Assembly (NCBI GenBank): GCA_022813865.1
Contig: JALDZX010000010.1
Coordinates: 62,001-126,000 of the forward strand
Length of the DNA: 64,000 nt
Origin: Xylographa opegraphella
Taxonomy: Eukaryota
Direction: 5' to 3'
Positions within the stretch are counted from its first letter, which is position 1, and the number at the start of each line of letters is the position of its first letter. Below, in pieces: positions 25,730 to 37,856 of the stretch. The notes below the pieces were generated by a model. It saw only the letters and a list, made by a program, of their open reading frames with translations, was not told where the DNA came from and searched no databases. The position numbers and the translations under genes were made by a program.

Positions 25730-27271
25730 TCAAATCAATAGGCCCTCCTTCCTGAGCGCCTCCACATCACCTCCCGCTTCCATGACAGCCTTAGCAGCAG
25801 CCTCACTAAGTTTCCTTCGCCGGTCAGAAGCTTCCTTTTCCCTTCTAGCTTTTGTTTTCGAGCTCCCACTCGGTGCCACACCAGTCAGAATCTTGCGGCT
25901 ATCAGATGGTGTATAATTGACGAATCCTACTGCTCCAACTCCAACCGTTGGTGTCTTGGGCGTCTTGGGCGTCTTGGGCGTGCTACAGCTTGAGGATTTC
26001 CCACGAGAGTGCCGAGAATATCTTCGCGACTTCGATAAGTGGAGCGGAGTGTTCGGTGGAGAGGGTGACTGCGACCGATATTGTGACTGTATGTTGTGCA
26101 TACGTGGTACAGTAGTAGCAGGTGTGAGTTCTGACGAGTATCTTTCATCCTCTTCTATTGTGGCGTCGATGTGAAATGGGTCGAATGCAGACGCAAGGTA
26201 TTCCTTCGAAGGCTGCATGTCCTGAAATGGATCGTCGAATGGTCCACACTGGATCATCAAGCCTTGGTTGGCACAATCCGTAGGCATTTGCAAGAAGTCC
26301 ATTGATTGCATTTGTGTTTGGCTGTGCGATTGTAGTTCTTGTTCGTAAAGCGGCAATGGTTGTGGGAAGTCTGTCAAATCAGGCTGAAGATCGGCAGAGA
26401 AATCGAAATTTGAGTTTGACAACCACATGGAGGAGTTGCGGGTTTCCTCCATGGTCGGAGTGTATGAATTGCCTGCAGACACCCGAGACTGCTTTTGAAT
26501 TCTTGCTGAATTTTGGACAACAGTAGTAGGTGATATCGGGGACAAGGCTTCGAAGTCATGGTCAGAGAGGGTAAGCGTGGAAGATTGAGGTTGTTGCGGT
26601 AACACAGCAGACGAAGAAAGGGAGAGAGGAAAATTTTGAGGCGGTGTTTGAAGACTAAAATGTTGGAACCGTTCCGTCCACTCAGCAGATAAAGGTGAAT
26701 CCTGCCTTGCATAAAAAGAAGGTCGCATCATCTTTGGTGTTGCAGATGTTTTGGAAACCCGGTGAGCACTTCGCGTGGGCGTGACCGGGCTACCTGAACG
26801 GGAGCTTTGCTTTACCCGGCGTGGTGTGTAGGGCGGAGTATTCGGCTTCGAGAATGGAGTGGAGAGATCTGCTTGTTGGAGTTGTGCTTTGCCTTCGAGG
26901 TTAAGGAGCTCGTTACCAGAAATCGCGACACCATCAGGTCTCATACGGTGGACGACCTTCTGGCTTTGTGGGACTGGGGTGATCTTGTGTTGGCGCCACG
27001 CATTAGCTCTCCAAGAGTGCAGTGGTTGGTATTGTGGCGAAGAGGCTTTGGTAGCTGACTGCTCATCCAAAGAGACATCTCCTGACAAGCCTGCGCTGAG
27101 GTCTTCAAAGAAATTCGACTCATTGGAATTGTCGCTTGAGTCTGGAAAGTCTTCTTCCTGGCTGAAATACTGATCAAAGAAGTTGTCGAAAGAATGGTCC
27201 AAAGATGGTGAGAGGACACCCAGATCTTTGTCTTCGAATGGTGGAAAGTCGATTGAACCATCGATAGACAT
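25730..27271 (-). CDS. wetA: WetA developmental (spore maturation) regulator
   Basis: C-terminal ESC1/WetA domain 'GFVNYTPSDSRKILTGVAPSGSSKTKARREKEA' and N-terminal 'DHSFDNFFDQY'. ATG at 27271 sits in a GCCACCATG context. Confidence 0.92.
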   Translation of the reverse strand: MSIDGSIDFPPFEDKDLGVLSPSLDHSFDNFFDQYFSQEEDFPDSSDNSNESNFFEDLSAGLSGDVSLDEQSATKASSPQYQPLHSWRANAWRQHKITPVPQSQKVVHRMRPDGVAISGNELLNLEGKAQLQQADLSTPFSKPNTPPYTPRRVKQSSRSGSPVTPTRSAHRVSKTSATPKMMRPSFYARQDSPLSAEWTERFQHFSLQTPPQNFPLSLSSSAVLPQQPQSSTLTLSDHDFEALSPISPTTVVQNSARIQKQSRVSAGNSYTPTMEETRNSSMWLSNSNFDFSADLQPDLTDFPQPLPLYEQELQSHSQTQMQSMDFLQMPTDCANQGLMIQCGPFDDPFQDMQPSKEYLASAFDPFHIDATIEEDERYSSELTPATTVPRMHNIQSQYRSQSPSPPNTPLHLSKSRRYSRHSRGKSSSCSTPKTPKTPKTPTVGVGAVGFVNYTPSDSRKILTGVAPSGSSKTKARREKEASDRRRKLSEAAAKAVMEAGGDVEALRKEGLLI

Positions 27272-27481
27272 GGTGGCGCCCGAACTTGTTACTAGTTGCA
27301 ACTAGAGCCGCAGAATAGGTCAGTACCTTGCAGGAGCACACAGATGTTGAAGATGCAAGCTAATGCACGATGATGGATGCACAAACAGTACAAAACATTG
27401 GCGTAAGGAGAACAATTTATCACTTCCTGGCAGATCATTTTGTCCAGCCACTCAATGCTCGTCGAGGACCCTGAGAACACA

Positions 27482-27615
27482 GGAATGGAGCCAGTAAATG
27501 GAGCCAGAGACTTGAAATTTGCCTGGATAGAGTACCAGCAAAAGTCGTAATGCGGATAGACATTCCATTGCTGTCCGTTTGCAGGAATGCTGGTTGGTAT
27601 GGGGACGGTTGCGGC
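27482..27615. promoter_or_regulatory. Cluster of AbaA/TEA-type sites (CATTCC x3) and two WetA-response-element-like motifs upstream of wetA
   Basis: GGAATG at 27482-27487, CATTCC at 27561-27566 and GGAATG at 27584-27589. CCGTTTGCAGG (27575-27585) and ACGGTTGCGGC (27605-27615) each match CCGYTTGCGGC at 9/11 positions. Confidence 0.55.
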
Positions 27616-27873
27616 CATCTTTTGGTATGATAGGCTTGTCTTTTTTAGTGAACAATAATTCGAGTGTGGCTCTATTCCTCACAAAGGCTATTTGCTTGTA
27701 GGACAATAAAACCCGGACAAAAAGAGAAAAAGTGATCACACAATGCCTGATGCTTTTTAGGATGATCTTCACAAAAAGTTGGAATTCAAAGACAACGTGT
27801 ATCTCAATACTCGAAAAAACGAACATTGCTTTTCATTAGCATGGTCTTGCATGGTAATTTGAGCTAGCAATGA

Positions 27874-28893
27874 TCACACATCAAAATTCTGAACCTCAGG
27901 CATGCGCCCTAATCCGCCGCCTCCTGTGCCTCGAACGCCTTGTGCGAGGCCCTTCCCGTCTACTTGTGCCATCGGCTCTTCATGCACCCCTCCAGCACTC
28001 CTATCGATAACGTGTTTCCTCAACATCGCTAAAATTTCACTGTTCTTCCACCTTGCTGGGACAGGTCTGTATGCCGGCTTAAACGTACCTACTGTCTGCG
28101 CCCATTCACCACTTCTAGGCGCTCCTTTTCGCCATGCATCTGTTTCCGGTATCTCCATCTCTTTGCCTCTCGCAGCAGGAGTTGACATGTCAGACCCTCC
28201 ACCTTCGGCAGTCTCGTGTGAAGTAGGAGCTGGTTCTTGTGTGGCCCAATAGTAAATGTCCCAATCGTTCTCATCAAGGAAAAGATCATATTGCTGAAGT
28301 TGTTTCATCGACATCGTGGAAAGGTTAGTATCGGCAAAGGTGGAGAGTAGTAGATCGCTTTCAAGAGTTCCCCTTTTGCGGCTCTGATCTGGCGGACATC
28401 GCAAAGGAGTCAGCTTTCAAGTCACTTCCGATACTTCAAAACAGAGATATGACGGACATAACAACCTAGCACGAATGGTATTTCCATCTTCACCCGTCCT
28501 TCGCAGCGGCTCTACCTTGAATTTTGCTCCTTCCATCTCACCAACGTCAAGCTCTGCATTGGCACCATCCTCAGGAGCGCCTTTTTGAGTTCCCCCAGTC
28601 ATACGTTCCGTATTTTCTGGAACAGAGTCCTTTGGCACAAAGTCGGGGTCCACGGAGGTAAGAAGTTCTGGTGGTGCTTTATCCGCGCCAACACTCGGCA
28701 TCTCATTTGAGATAGTGGAATTTGTGTTTGTCATGTGTGGGCCCGTCGGTTTCGATTTCTGCGTTTCACGCCATTCAGGCGTTGTGTCGTGCATACGCTC
28801 ATTTGCATAATAGCGAGGGATTGAGGTGGATAGAAGTCGGGAAGTATGAGGAGTGGCTCGACCAACGTTTATTATCAACCGTTGCAGAGACAT
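27874..28893 (-). CDS. SDH5: Succinate dehydrogenase assembly factor 2 (Sdh5/Emi5), 2 exons
   Basis: Spliced '[24 protein letters not shown]...[17 protein letters not shown]' and an Arg/Ser-rich mitochondrial presequence. GTCCGT...CTGAC...CAG intron. Confidence 0.93.
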
Positions 28894-29521
28894 GGTTACG
28901 GAAGAAGTGAGTTGAAGACAGACGATATACCCAGATTGTATAGGAACGCGCAGCGAGAAATATGTTGCGGTATGCGAATCGTGATAATTGTAGCAATGGT
29001 GAAGCTCAGCGGTGTGTAGACTCCTCGTCCCTCGGTCATCGACGTCATTTTCAAGCGAGGCACTTTTGACTTCGCAGGGCCGAGGGCTACTGTAGTCTCA
29101 TCCGTACCTACATAAATATGAACTACTATGAGTGGTGACAAGCCATACCTAAGGTACCTAGGCAAATGATGGACTTAGTGACTAACGTTAGGAGCGTATG
29201 CCATCCAACTTAATCTGAAAGACGTCTCTCAACCAATTGAGTGACAGGGCCTAAGACCACTTGTTGACCTTGTCGCTGTCCAGCGAGTAATCTACCGTGC
29301 TGCGGTACAAGTGAGAGACGACTGAATAGCATGTGCAAGGTACCAAATGCTCGGACCCTAAGGATTGAACTTTCAGTTAAGCTCCGTGCTGTTCTTAGAC
29401 TCAGGCCTGGCGCAACTGATGGGTACAGAACGTCAACCATCATCAACAGGAACAGACCAGTACAGAGTAGCTTCAAAGACTAATATTGCATTAGCCGCTA
29501 AGACCTGTCCATAATGAAAAA

Positions 29522-29878
29522 CTGGACCGTCTGTTCCTCAGATACCCGGGTCCTCTCAGCCGATCACAACCCGGTCCCTCACGGCGTCAGACTCACGCAA
29601 AGTAGGATTCTTCAGATGCGCCCTAACTTTCATCCGAGGATCTTCCAGGGTATCTGATGCCATACGGTAAGGGCCACAGGCGCCATTTCGCGAAGCAGGT
29701 TATCATAAGTACTCTCGCGGTTATGGTGACACTCTTTAATATTGAACCCCCCGAGACCGGCGCCGGCAGAGTGCGACCAGATGTGGATGGCTTTGGAACG
29801 GGAGCTTGGAAACCAAAGGTGAAGGTTGGAGCAAGGATCCGGCGGAGGAAGCTTTTGATAATGCCCTTCGGGCCATGA
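29522..29878 (+). pseudogene. Cytochrome P450 C-terminal relic
   Basis: One frame reads 'LDRLFLRYPGP...*...*LSSEDLPGYLMPYGKGHRRHFAKQVIISTLAVMVTLFNIE...GFGTGAWKPKVKVGARIRRRK'. The heme signature PYGxG...RHFA lacks its CPG. Stops at 29603 (TAG) and 29624 (TAA), and no N-terminal part nearby. Confidence 0.7.
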
Positions 29879-30375
29879 TTGAGCCTGCAAGGAGCCCATC
29901 TTCTTCTGGTACAGAGGCCCACAATGGAGCGTGGACGACTTATGGCTATGTTATCATAGTAGCGATAACGAATCTCGCAAAACATTCCAATATACCTCAA
30001 GCTTTATACATGAGTTGCGCTTGAAGACCACAAAGTGTGTCAATAGTCGTAAGGAGCAAATGCCTGTCTCTTTGGAGAGGCAATGATAGATGCCTCGGAT
30101 GACGACTCGCGGAAGATACACAATTAAAATAACTCCGAGTACAGTTGAGCATATTTGATTATTGTTTGAGGTAACGCCTTTCACCCAAACATGCTCTCGA
30201 GTGGAATGCTATATTTGTAAAATTACAAATAGAAACAATATTGACTCGTAAAAGTTGAGAAGTTTGATATCATAGAGAGACTTGGGATTGCATTTCACGT
30301 AATGTGCCCGTCGTGCAAGGAATTCCGATGTTTATGAACCCGCTCAGCTATCATAGCACAAAAGAAAATGCTGCC

Positions 30376-31202
30376 CTAAATTAGATGCTTTGACCTATAA
30401 CGACATTGTTAGCCATGCCCCCGGACGAGGTGGAAAACGAACTTACCTGAAGTACGCGCGAAGATAAACAACCTGCCAAGCTCCCAACCCGACGAGCATA
30501 CCCATCGTGCCGAACGCGAACCATTTGACCCGCTCGTTCGTGCTCTCGTTCGTGTCCCTCAGCTTTTGCTCGCGGGTTCTCAGGTAGTCCATTTCGCTGA
30601 CAATCTCGCCGACCATCTCCTCGATCCTCCGCAACTCGGTCTCCACAGGTCTGAGCTTCTCCGCCGCTTGTACAGCAGACCAGTCTTTGGCATCGGCGCC
30701 GATGTCGATGTCGAGCTCGATATGCCGGGAAGGATTTGGCGCTGCGGCTTCGGTTTGTTAGCTGGGTTCAATTGATCGGCAGGAGGAGCTCCTACTTCTG
30801 CCTTTCAGGATGTTCTCGAAGCAGACGTCAAAGGCGGCATCGGCGTGCGAAGTGAATGCCAGCCTGGTCTCTCCGACAATGTCCTTCGGTCGCCCGTACT
30901 CGTTGTCGTTGGTGTCTTTAATCTGCATGAAGTGGTCAGCAACTACCGTTGTTTCGACCGGGCAAGAAACTGACGAGCATATTGACCACTTGTCCGTCGC
31001 CCTTCGTTCCGCTCACAGTGGCCGTAACCACAACTAATGTTTCTCGCGAAACAAAATTCCGTATGCATCTTGGGTATTTGCCGCCGCTGCCTGTATGTGC
31101 TTGTAGATCAAATCGAAGTGCACATATCGATGGCAGCAGGATGTACCAAGCATAACAGACAAAAAGAAATGAGCGGGAGAGACTTGAAATCATTATGGTC
31201 AT
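30376..31202 (-). CDS. ERV25: p24 cargo receptor, delta subfamily (Erv25), 4 exons
   Basis: Signal peptide, 'RCIRNFV', 'AFDVCFEN', '[26 protein letters not shown]', a TM segment and C-terminal 'YLRAYFRSKHLI*'. Three GT-AG introns. Confidence 0.93.
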
Positions 31203-31576
31203 GGGTGCTTTATACAAAGGGGTTACCATATTTTGAGGGCTTATTCGGTGTTCTGAATATGTCCTCGCGGCAAAACCTTCCGCCGGCTTTCACGCGTCGG
31301 CCAATGTTTGTATTCGAGACCGTCTTATTAAAGTAGTTAACACAAGGGGCTACCTACCTGGCTGAGGTATTGTCCTTTCATATCTCTTATGCTCCTCATG
31401 CCGTATTACTTACCATTCGAAGCCCACACTATATCTCATCTTCCTTCCCGTCATACCTGGCGGTTGACAAGCAGTATGAGTTTCGGAACTACGGAAACAA
31501 TGAACATATGGCAACAGGTATAGCCTGTCGTCCAAATTCTGCTAAGCTGCTACATGCTGAACCAAGAACAAAACAG

Positions 31577-31957
31577 ATGTCGTATGTCCCTCCTCGAGGC
31601 CCTTGTGGCTTCAAATCTTCACTCATGACTCCCGCTTGTGCCTGCCTCCGTTTTATGATCCATCCTGTCAAAGCGGCCACAAGCTTCGAATGCGACGGCT
31701 GTAGTCACCATGCGAGTTATCATAAGATGGAGAACAAGGCCGAGGACGAGATTATTGCGCGTTGGAAAGTTACAGATAGCACCGTTGAACAGGAGGGATA
31801 TCGCAAAGACGACGAGGACCAAAGCCGGCCGAAGCGCAGGCGGTTAGAGATCACACAAGGAACAGTTCTCAATGCAGACCTTGGGATGCCCGAAAAGGCA
31901 CGCAGTACTCTTGTAGGACCTGGCCGAAAGAGGACCAAGTCGCAGAAAACGCTATGA
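31577..31957 (+). CDS. Small hypothetical protein with Cys/His (probable zinc-binding) motif and basic C-terminus
   Basis: 'MSYVPPRGPCGFK...CACLRFM...FECDGCSHHASYH' and NLS-like 'RPKRRR'. The start could alternatively be the in-frame ATG at 31508. Confidence 0.65.
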   Translation: MSYVPPRGPCGFKSSLMTPACACLRFMIHPVKAATSFECDGCSHHASYHKMENKAEDEIIARWKVTDSTVEQEGYRKDDEDQSRPKRRRLEITQGTVLNADLGMPEKARSTLVGPGRKRTKSQKTL

Positions 31958-32915
31958 TTGTGCACCGAGGCAGGCAACCTCAACGATTGTCGATCACTCC
32001 ATAGAGGAAATCAATGGTATTAACGAACCTGGAGACTCCTACCATGCCAACTCAGTCAGTCTCGGCGAGCATCCTGAGGCACATGAATCATTCCATCGAG
32101 ATGTGCCACTGAAGATAGGTTGGGACCAAGATTATTGAAAGAACAGTAAGTCGTCTCTTTTGAGGACATCGATCGCCCTGCTGAATAGGGATACCCAGGC
32201 TTTTCACGAAGTTGCTTCAAGTGTGGCGTTGAAAATTGCTTCCAGGTGGTTAAGGTTTCGCCGAAGGTTAGGGCTGCCAATTGTTTCAAACCGTAAAAGA
32301 GCCGCTTCAGCCGTCAGAATGATTTACTCGTTATTTGATAGCACTGCAATGATGACCTGCGACAATTTCCTAAGGACTCCTAATGCAAGGCTGCCGGCAG
32401 ATGTCGTTGTGAGCTGTACACCGTAGTGCCCATCCCTGTTTACCAAGTATTACGCGCAATAAAAAGAAAGTTGCAGTTCCCTGGAACCTTTCCAACGGAC
32501 TTCATGTCCTAGAAGCGGGTAGCAGTCCATAGAAGACACGGCCTCGAGAGTACACGTTCTTCGCACAAAGTATTATTGTAATCAATAGGGTCAATATGCT
32601 GCGCGATGATCGAATATTAGCCAAGGTTTCGGTTGGCGCCACAGACTAGTATGAGCCAATGACGTCGCGGCCCGTTGTTGTGAGCAACTCGTCATCATCC
32701 ATCACCTGCTTGTGGCATGTTTTTCTTCCACACGCATCCGCGTTCACTCCCAGGCAATTCCTATTAAAACCTTCTACCGCTCTGGCTGCCCTCCTCTTCC
32801 TACACCACAACTGCAGAAGATATCCGCTATTTCACCGCCACCCAACGCCCTACTCTATCTAAACGATTAGACATCACTCCTTTCGCTATCAAACGTCGAA
32901 TCAGCTTCATTAGCA

Positions 32916-33536
32916 ATGCCATCCAAGATTATCGGCCTCGGCCTTCGGGGACTCCAGGTATGTGAAGCTTTCGCAACTCCCTGTAGAACTACATCTAAAA
33001 ACTTACATAGTTCTTCTGGACCCTTCTTATTATGGCGCTTGTCGGAAACATGATCCACGAAGCCATAGGAGGCAATCCTTCAATCATTAATTATGTTATG
33101 TTTGTGGCCGTCATCTCGATGTTGTCGCTCTTCTACCTCATTGCGGCCACGATCAACGAAGGGTTTGTCATCATTCCGATACTTCCTGTCGTCGTGGACG
33201 CCCTGAACACGCTTTTTTTCCTCATTGGCGGTATTGCGCTTGCCGCTTACCTCGGAGTCCACAGCTGCGGTAACAATGTAAGCAAATCCTGCGACCATTT
33301 TTCAATCCACTCATACTAACATTTTGAAGGCATATGTTACTTCAAACAGCGTCACAAGCGGTTCAACTGATGACACAAAGAGATGCCATGAGGGACAGGC
33401 TGTCTGTGCCTTTTTATGGTTCGGATTTGTTACATATCTGGCTTCGCTCGCGTTTTCAGCAATGGAAGCACGAGGTGGATCTACAAGCTTCCGCGGCGGA
33501 ATCCGCAGAGGTGGGCCGTCCATGTCCCAGGTCTAG
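32916..33536 (+). CDS. NCE102: Nce102 MARVEL-domain eisosome/MCC protein, 3 exons
   Basis: Spliced 'LGLRGLQFFWTLLIMALVGNMI...NPSIINYVMFV...GVHSCGN..Y...RCHEGQAVCAFLWF...GPSMSQV'. Introns 32958-33010 and ~33278-33329. Confidence 0.92.
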
Positions 33537-35156
33537 GTCACGAGCGTGTCGCTGAGGCAGTTATCCTGCTTGTTCTGAGGGCGAGTCAGTGTCAGCTGGT
33601 GCTGTGTTGGCACAGCTTAGATGGTCTGGAATCAATGCGGTGAGCGAATATGGTGACCGCCAACCCCATTGCGACCGGCGTATCGGTGGAAGTTCAACAT
33701 TTGGACACCACGGCAGTGGACTTTGAACTTTAGCGTGGTTGTCGACATTATACTGTATCAATATAGAAAAGCTGCTGAAGGAGACAACTAATGATAATCG
33801 TTGAATAATAATATTCTTCGCAATGCATTATTGAGGGACAACTGCCTGCTTAGGTACTTGCACAAGGTACAATGAATAAGTGCCCCATGTCCCAACTACT
33901 CTATTTCGGATCTTGTTCGGCGGGGCTCATCAATTACTCGTCAACCACACACGCCGACCACACACACCGACCGTCAAGCAGAATTCATTTCATTTCTAAA
34001 TAATCCTCTATAACCAATGATTTGCACCCTCAAGGTTGTGTCGCCGTGCATTCAGAGAGCCTAGGCTGACACCGACCACGTCGGGTACCATTGCGTCCAC
34101 CCTCACGTCTTGGTATTGCTCGCCGCATCCCGTTATGGACACCGCGGCGACGGAACAGACACACAATTCGCACGAGCTACTCACCGGCACGATGCCTTCT
34201 TTTGCCTCAAAGATGAGGGAGACGGGAGGATCCCAGGCATTCCCCCCAGCATTTGTACCTTAAGAACGAGCGCGCTCTCGTCGAACTGTCCTTGATCGTC
34301 CATCCATTCAATGCGGATAATAATCGACCTACCAAAGTGATCTTCTTTTCGCGTTTCCCACAGTTCCTACCCAACCCGTTGGTGCAAGGCTTTACTGCAC
34401 GGACCTACGGTGCAGCCTGGACTCCTCTTTGCCAGGGAACCTGCGTCTCAATCTGCCGCTCCGCGAGGAATTACCGGTCGCGTTGAGAGCCTTGGGAGAT
34501 CAACCTCCAATTCCTTGTGAGTTTCAATCGTCGTTCGCATTGGACTCCACGAGCCTGGCCGCTAGTACCTGAAGTGCCGCAAGTGGAATGAGCGGTGCTT
34601 GATGTACTTCGCTGGATTTTGGTACACTACAATAAGAAAGCCCTAAAGTTTAACGGTGTGTCCTATCAATCATATCCGGTCCGGTGCGACCTTCGCTCCT
34701 CGGTGGGATTACTTATCATAGACGCCTTCCAATCGTACGGCCTGAGTTGCACTAGGATCCAAAGTCTTTGGGGAGGCCCACTTACTTGTTTCGGAACTGG
34801 ATTTTGTTCGCGATTGGGGATTGGTCCACTCCTCGGGATTGTAAATTGACCTTGGATGGTCCATCCAACTACCAGAGTCCTCAAGTCTATCGTTATTTTC
34901 GAAGCAGTCCAGAAGAAGGCCCTCCTTTTTGCCGTATTTCTGTCGTAGAGGCTGTCTGTTCAGTAGTCTTTTCGAAGTACGGCGGGAAGGACCCGTATAC
35001 CATACAGCAGCGATATTGGAGGCTTAATTGTGTGCCAGGCCACTCAGGTCCGAAATCTGGTCTCGTTGGTTTTGCAAAATTTCCGCTTGGCCAGAAAGGC
35101 CGAGGATAAGGACAAACCCTTCCATTAAGGATATCTCTAAGGTAAGGTTGGAGGAA

Positions 35157-36621
35157 ATGAACCCAACTGGAACCCTCACACGTCCTCATGAAGGATCGAA
35201 AAGACCCTGTGATACTGCGCCGAATGTGCTCTCTGGAACCCTTGAATCGGCTTATTCAACACCTGCTGAAGCTCCACGCTTTTATTTCATGGACCCCGAG
35301 GATCCATCTTTGACTACACCGAACCTGCAAATGGCTCCATTGCGAACTTCGAATATGTCCTATCCGGTAGGCTCTGGCTCTGTCGCAGCATCTGCTTCCT
35401 ATCACGATAATAGCCCCGTTCCTGGCCAGCAATGGAGGGGGACTTCACAATACGAAACGTATGGCAGTACTCCCAGGTTACGTGACACATACAATGTCGA
35501 ACTCTTGAATAATCGATGTGGAACTTACTTGTATGCTCAAGGAAGTGACACATTTCAGTCGGGAAGCGGTCTATATATGAAACAGGTGACTGCTGTTCCA
35601 GGATTCTATTCAAAATGGGAATCCAGTTATCCAACCACATGGGCTCCTAACAAATTCGGACCATTGGCACCGTCTGGATCGTATCAGCCGTCCCGGGACA
35701 GAGCGAGCCTGGCCTCAGTAGAGATGCAACGCCAACCGGCCAATATTGGATATGAAGTTTGGCCTGACCAGAGACAGGATCCCAGCAACTACAATGAATG
35801 GGAGAATTTGCCTTTTGGACATGATACTGGGTACGAGTGTCAACCCTGGCAGTTCCATAGTTCCACTGCGAATCCGGTAGATCGTCGGCATTCGAACATC
35901 GATGATAATTGGTCATTGCTTGGTCTCCCCAGACCAGCATCGATGTCAGTCTCCAATCCGTGGCGTTGAATCTAGGGTTTGCAAGAGTAAAGCTAATGAC
36001 AGGTCTTCTGAAGAGCTCCTGCGGGCACAAAAAAAGTGAGCCCGCCCAACAGCACCTTAATGATGCAGCATGAATACCCGAAAAGTCGTAAGTGTACCAA
36101 GTTCTGTTTTGTCGTATCAGCCGAGCTAAGTAGCCAAAATTTACAGCGCCTACCACTCCTTCGGGAGAGAATGTTAATCTTATAGAATGGGAACAATCGC
36201 TGGAGAGAACTACTCCGTTGTCAAGGACCGTTCGGCTTGGTTCCCGGAAGAGAAGCACAGAGACTGGTCCAGACCCAAAGCAGCATCTATTGAGCCCTGG
36301 TGAACAATTTTCAAGTCCTTCTGGATCAAATTCAAATCCTCCAATTAATCCCACCGGTCATTTTTTGGTATATGACGTCACTACTGGGAATCGGATATCC
36401 AAAAGGAGGACGAAGAATATGTCGCCTGAGGAAAAAGTCCATGCGGCTCGTGTGCGAAGGCATCCAGGAGGAGCTTGCCCATTGTGCAAGCATTCAAAAC
36501 ACAAGGTACGAACATGGAGGTCCCATTAATACAGAGTACACTGACGGATCGTCTAAAGTGCGTCCACGTTCTGGAAGAGGATAAACCGGAAGCTTCATTC
36601 GAACCCCGAAATCACCGATGA
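35157..36621 (+). pseudogene. Putative transcription-factor-like gene (C-terminal 'GACPLCKHSKHKCVH' degenerate Zn cluster) interrupted by a 1-nt frameshift
   Basis: Introns 35945-36002, 36088-36146 and ~36506-36558 have good signals. The frame is continuous only if the A7 run at 36029-36035 is read as A8, otherwise it stops at TGA 36037. Confidence 0.5.
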
Positions 36622-37445
36622 GACGGCTGAATGATGAGCTCTCAGCATCTTCGAGGAGAAAGCCTGGCTATGAAACTGGAATCCACTCGTCAAATGGCAG
36701 GTCTTGACTTTAGTCACATTTCATTCACCAAAGGTTTCCTTGAAAGTAATCCATACACTCTCCTTCGTTATCTCTCCGCAAGGACCACTCATGTTGGTGG
36801 AATCAGATGTGGCCGGTCCACTGCCATATAGCCAAGTGTTGGGACCATTTCCAGTCCACTTAAGCCATCATCTGCGATCCACGGATCGATTTGGACATTC
36901 TGAGAGCGCAACCGGGGCCAACCTCCACCATGTATAAGCGACAAAGACAGCATTGTCTTCCAGCGTCATCTTCAAGCGCATCGAAATCTCCATTCAATTT
37001 TTGTTCTAGTTAATATTTGTGAGGTCATTTTCAGTTAATGTTGCAATACTTTTTAGGTTTTTCACATATGGCGGATCTGGAGAGGAGATCGATACAGACC
37101 ATAACAACAGGACCAGTGAGACTTGCCGTCTGGACAACCATCTCCCGGTAAACCACCGGCAGAACTCTTCGGTCATTTCTATCATTTCTGCATATAACCC
37201 CCTTCAGCATACATATAGAGTCACTTGCACATTCCACTGAATGGAGCAAAGTGCATCTCGTTCTCTGCAACAGTTGGCAGCTTCATATGATTGTAGGTAG
37301 GGCCGCTAGGAGGTCCAAGCAGAAAGTCTGCTGGATCGGGGGTTTCTGTGATTTAATAACGCCTGAGTAATTGATGGAACTGCGAACTTTTCTATTCGGA
37401 CAGTCACTGTCTAGACCTGTTGCCGCGGGTTTCCAGCACATAACT

Positions 37446-37856
37446 TCATAGCATTGCTGCGGCCTCGATAGCACCGGCGGCTCTGAACGACTTTTTGCTT
37501 GTAATGACCACCTCAACAGGGTATTTCCACTCCATGAATTTGGCCCAACCTGTCAAAACAACCAATTTAGCCTTGTCTTATGCATCCCGGAGTGCTGAGA
37601 TCTTACCCCAGTATGCACATTTTCTTCCGAAGTACTTGCCCATGTAAGGTACGACAACCATCGTCAAGAGCAGCTCCAGCTGCTGCAGACTTTCTTTCCA
37701 CTCCCTTTCAGCGTCCGATTCTTCCAACTCATCCTCTTCAGAATCAATGTCATCGCTTTCTGCTGAGTCCGGAAGGGAATCCACAGATTCGAGATCGTCT
37801 GTAGTAGTAGCCGAGCTCTCTTCTTCGATATATGATTGAGAAACACTTTCGGACAT
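37446..37856 (-). CDS. MIM2: Mitochondrial import protein Mim2, 2 exons
   Basis: Acidic N-terminus followed by 'SDAEREWKESLQQLELLLTMVVVPYMGKYFGRKCAYWGWAKFMEW'. GTAAGA...CAG intron. Confidence 0.88.

Noticed and set aside
31474..31576. Possible out-of-frame uORF from ATG 31508 after splicing 31518-31576
   Set aside because: Ambiguous. An upstream donor (GTATGA at 31474) would remove that ATG, and unspliced it is simply in frame. It cannot be resolved without transcripts.
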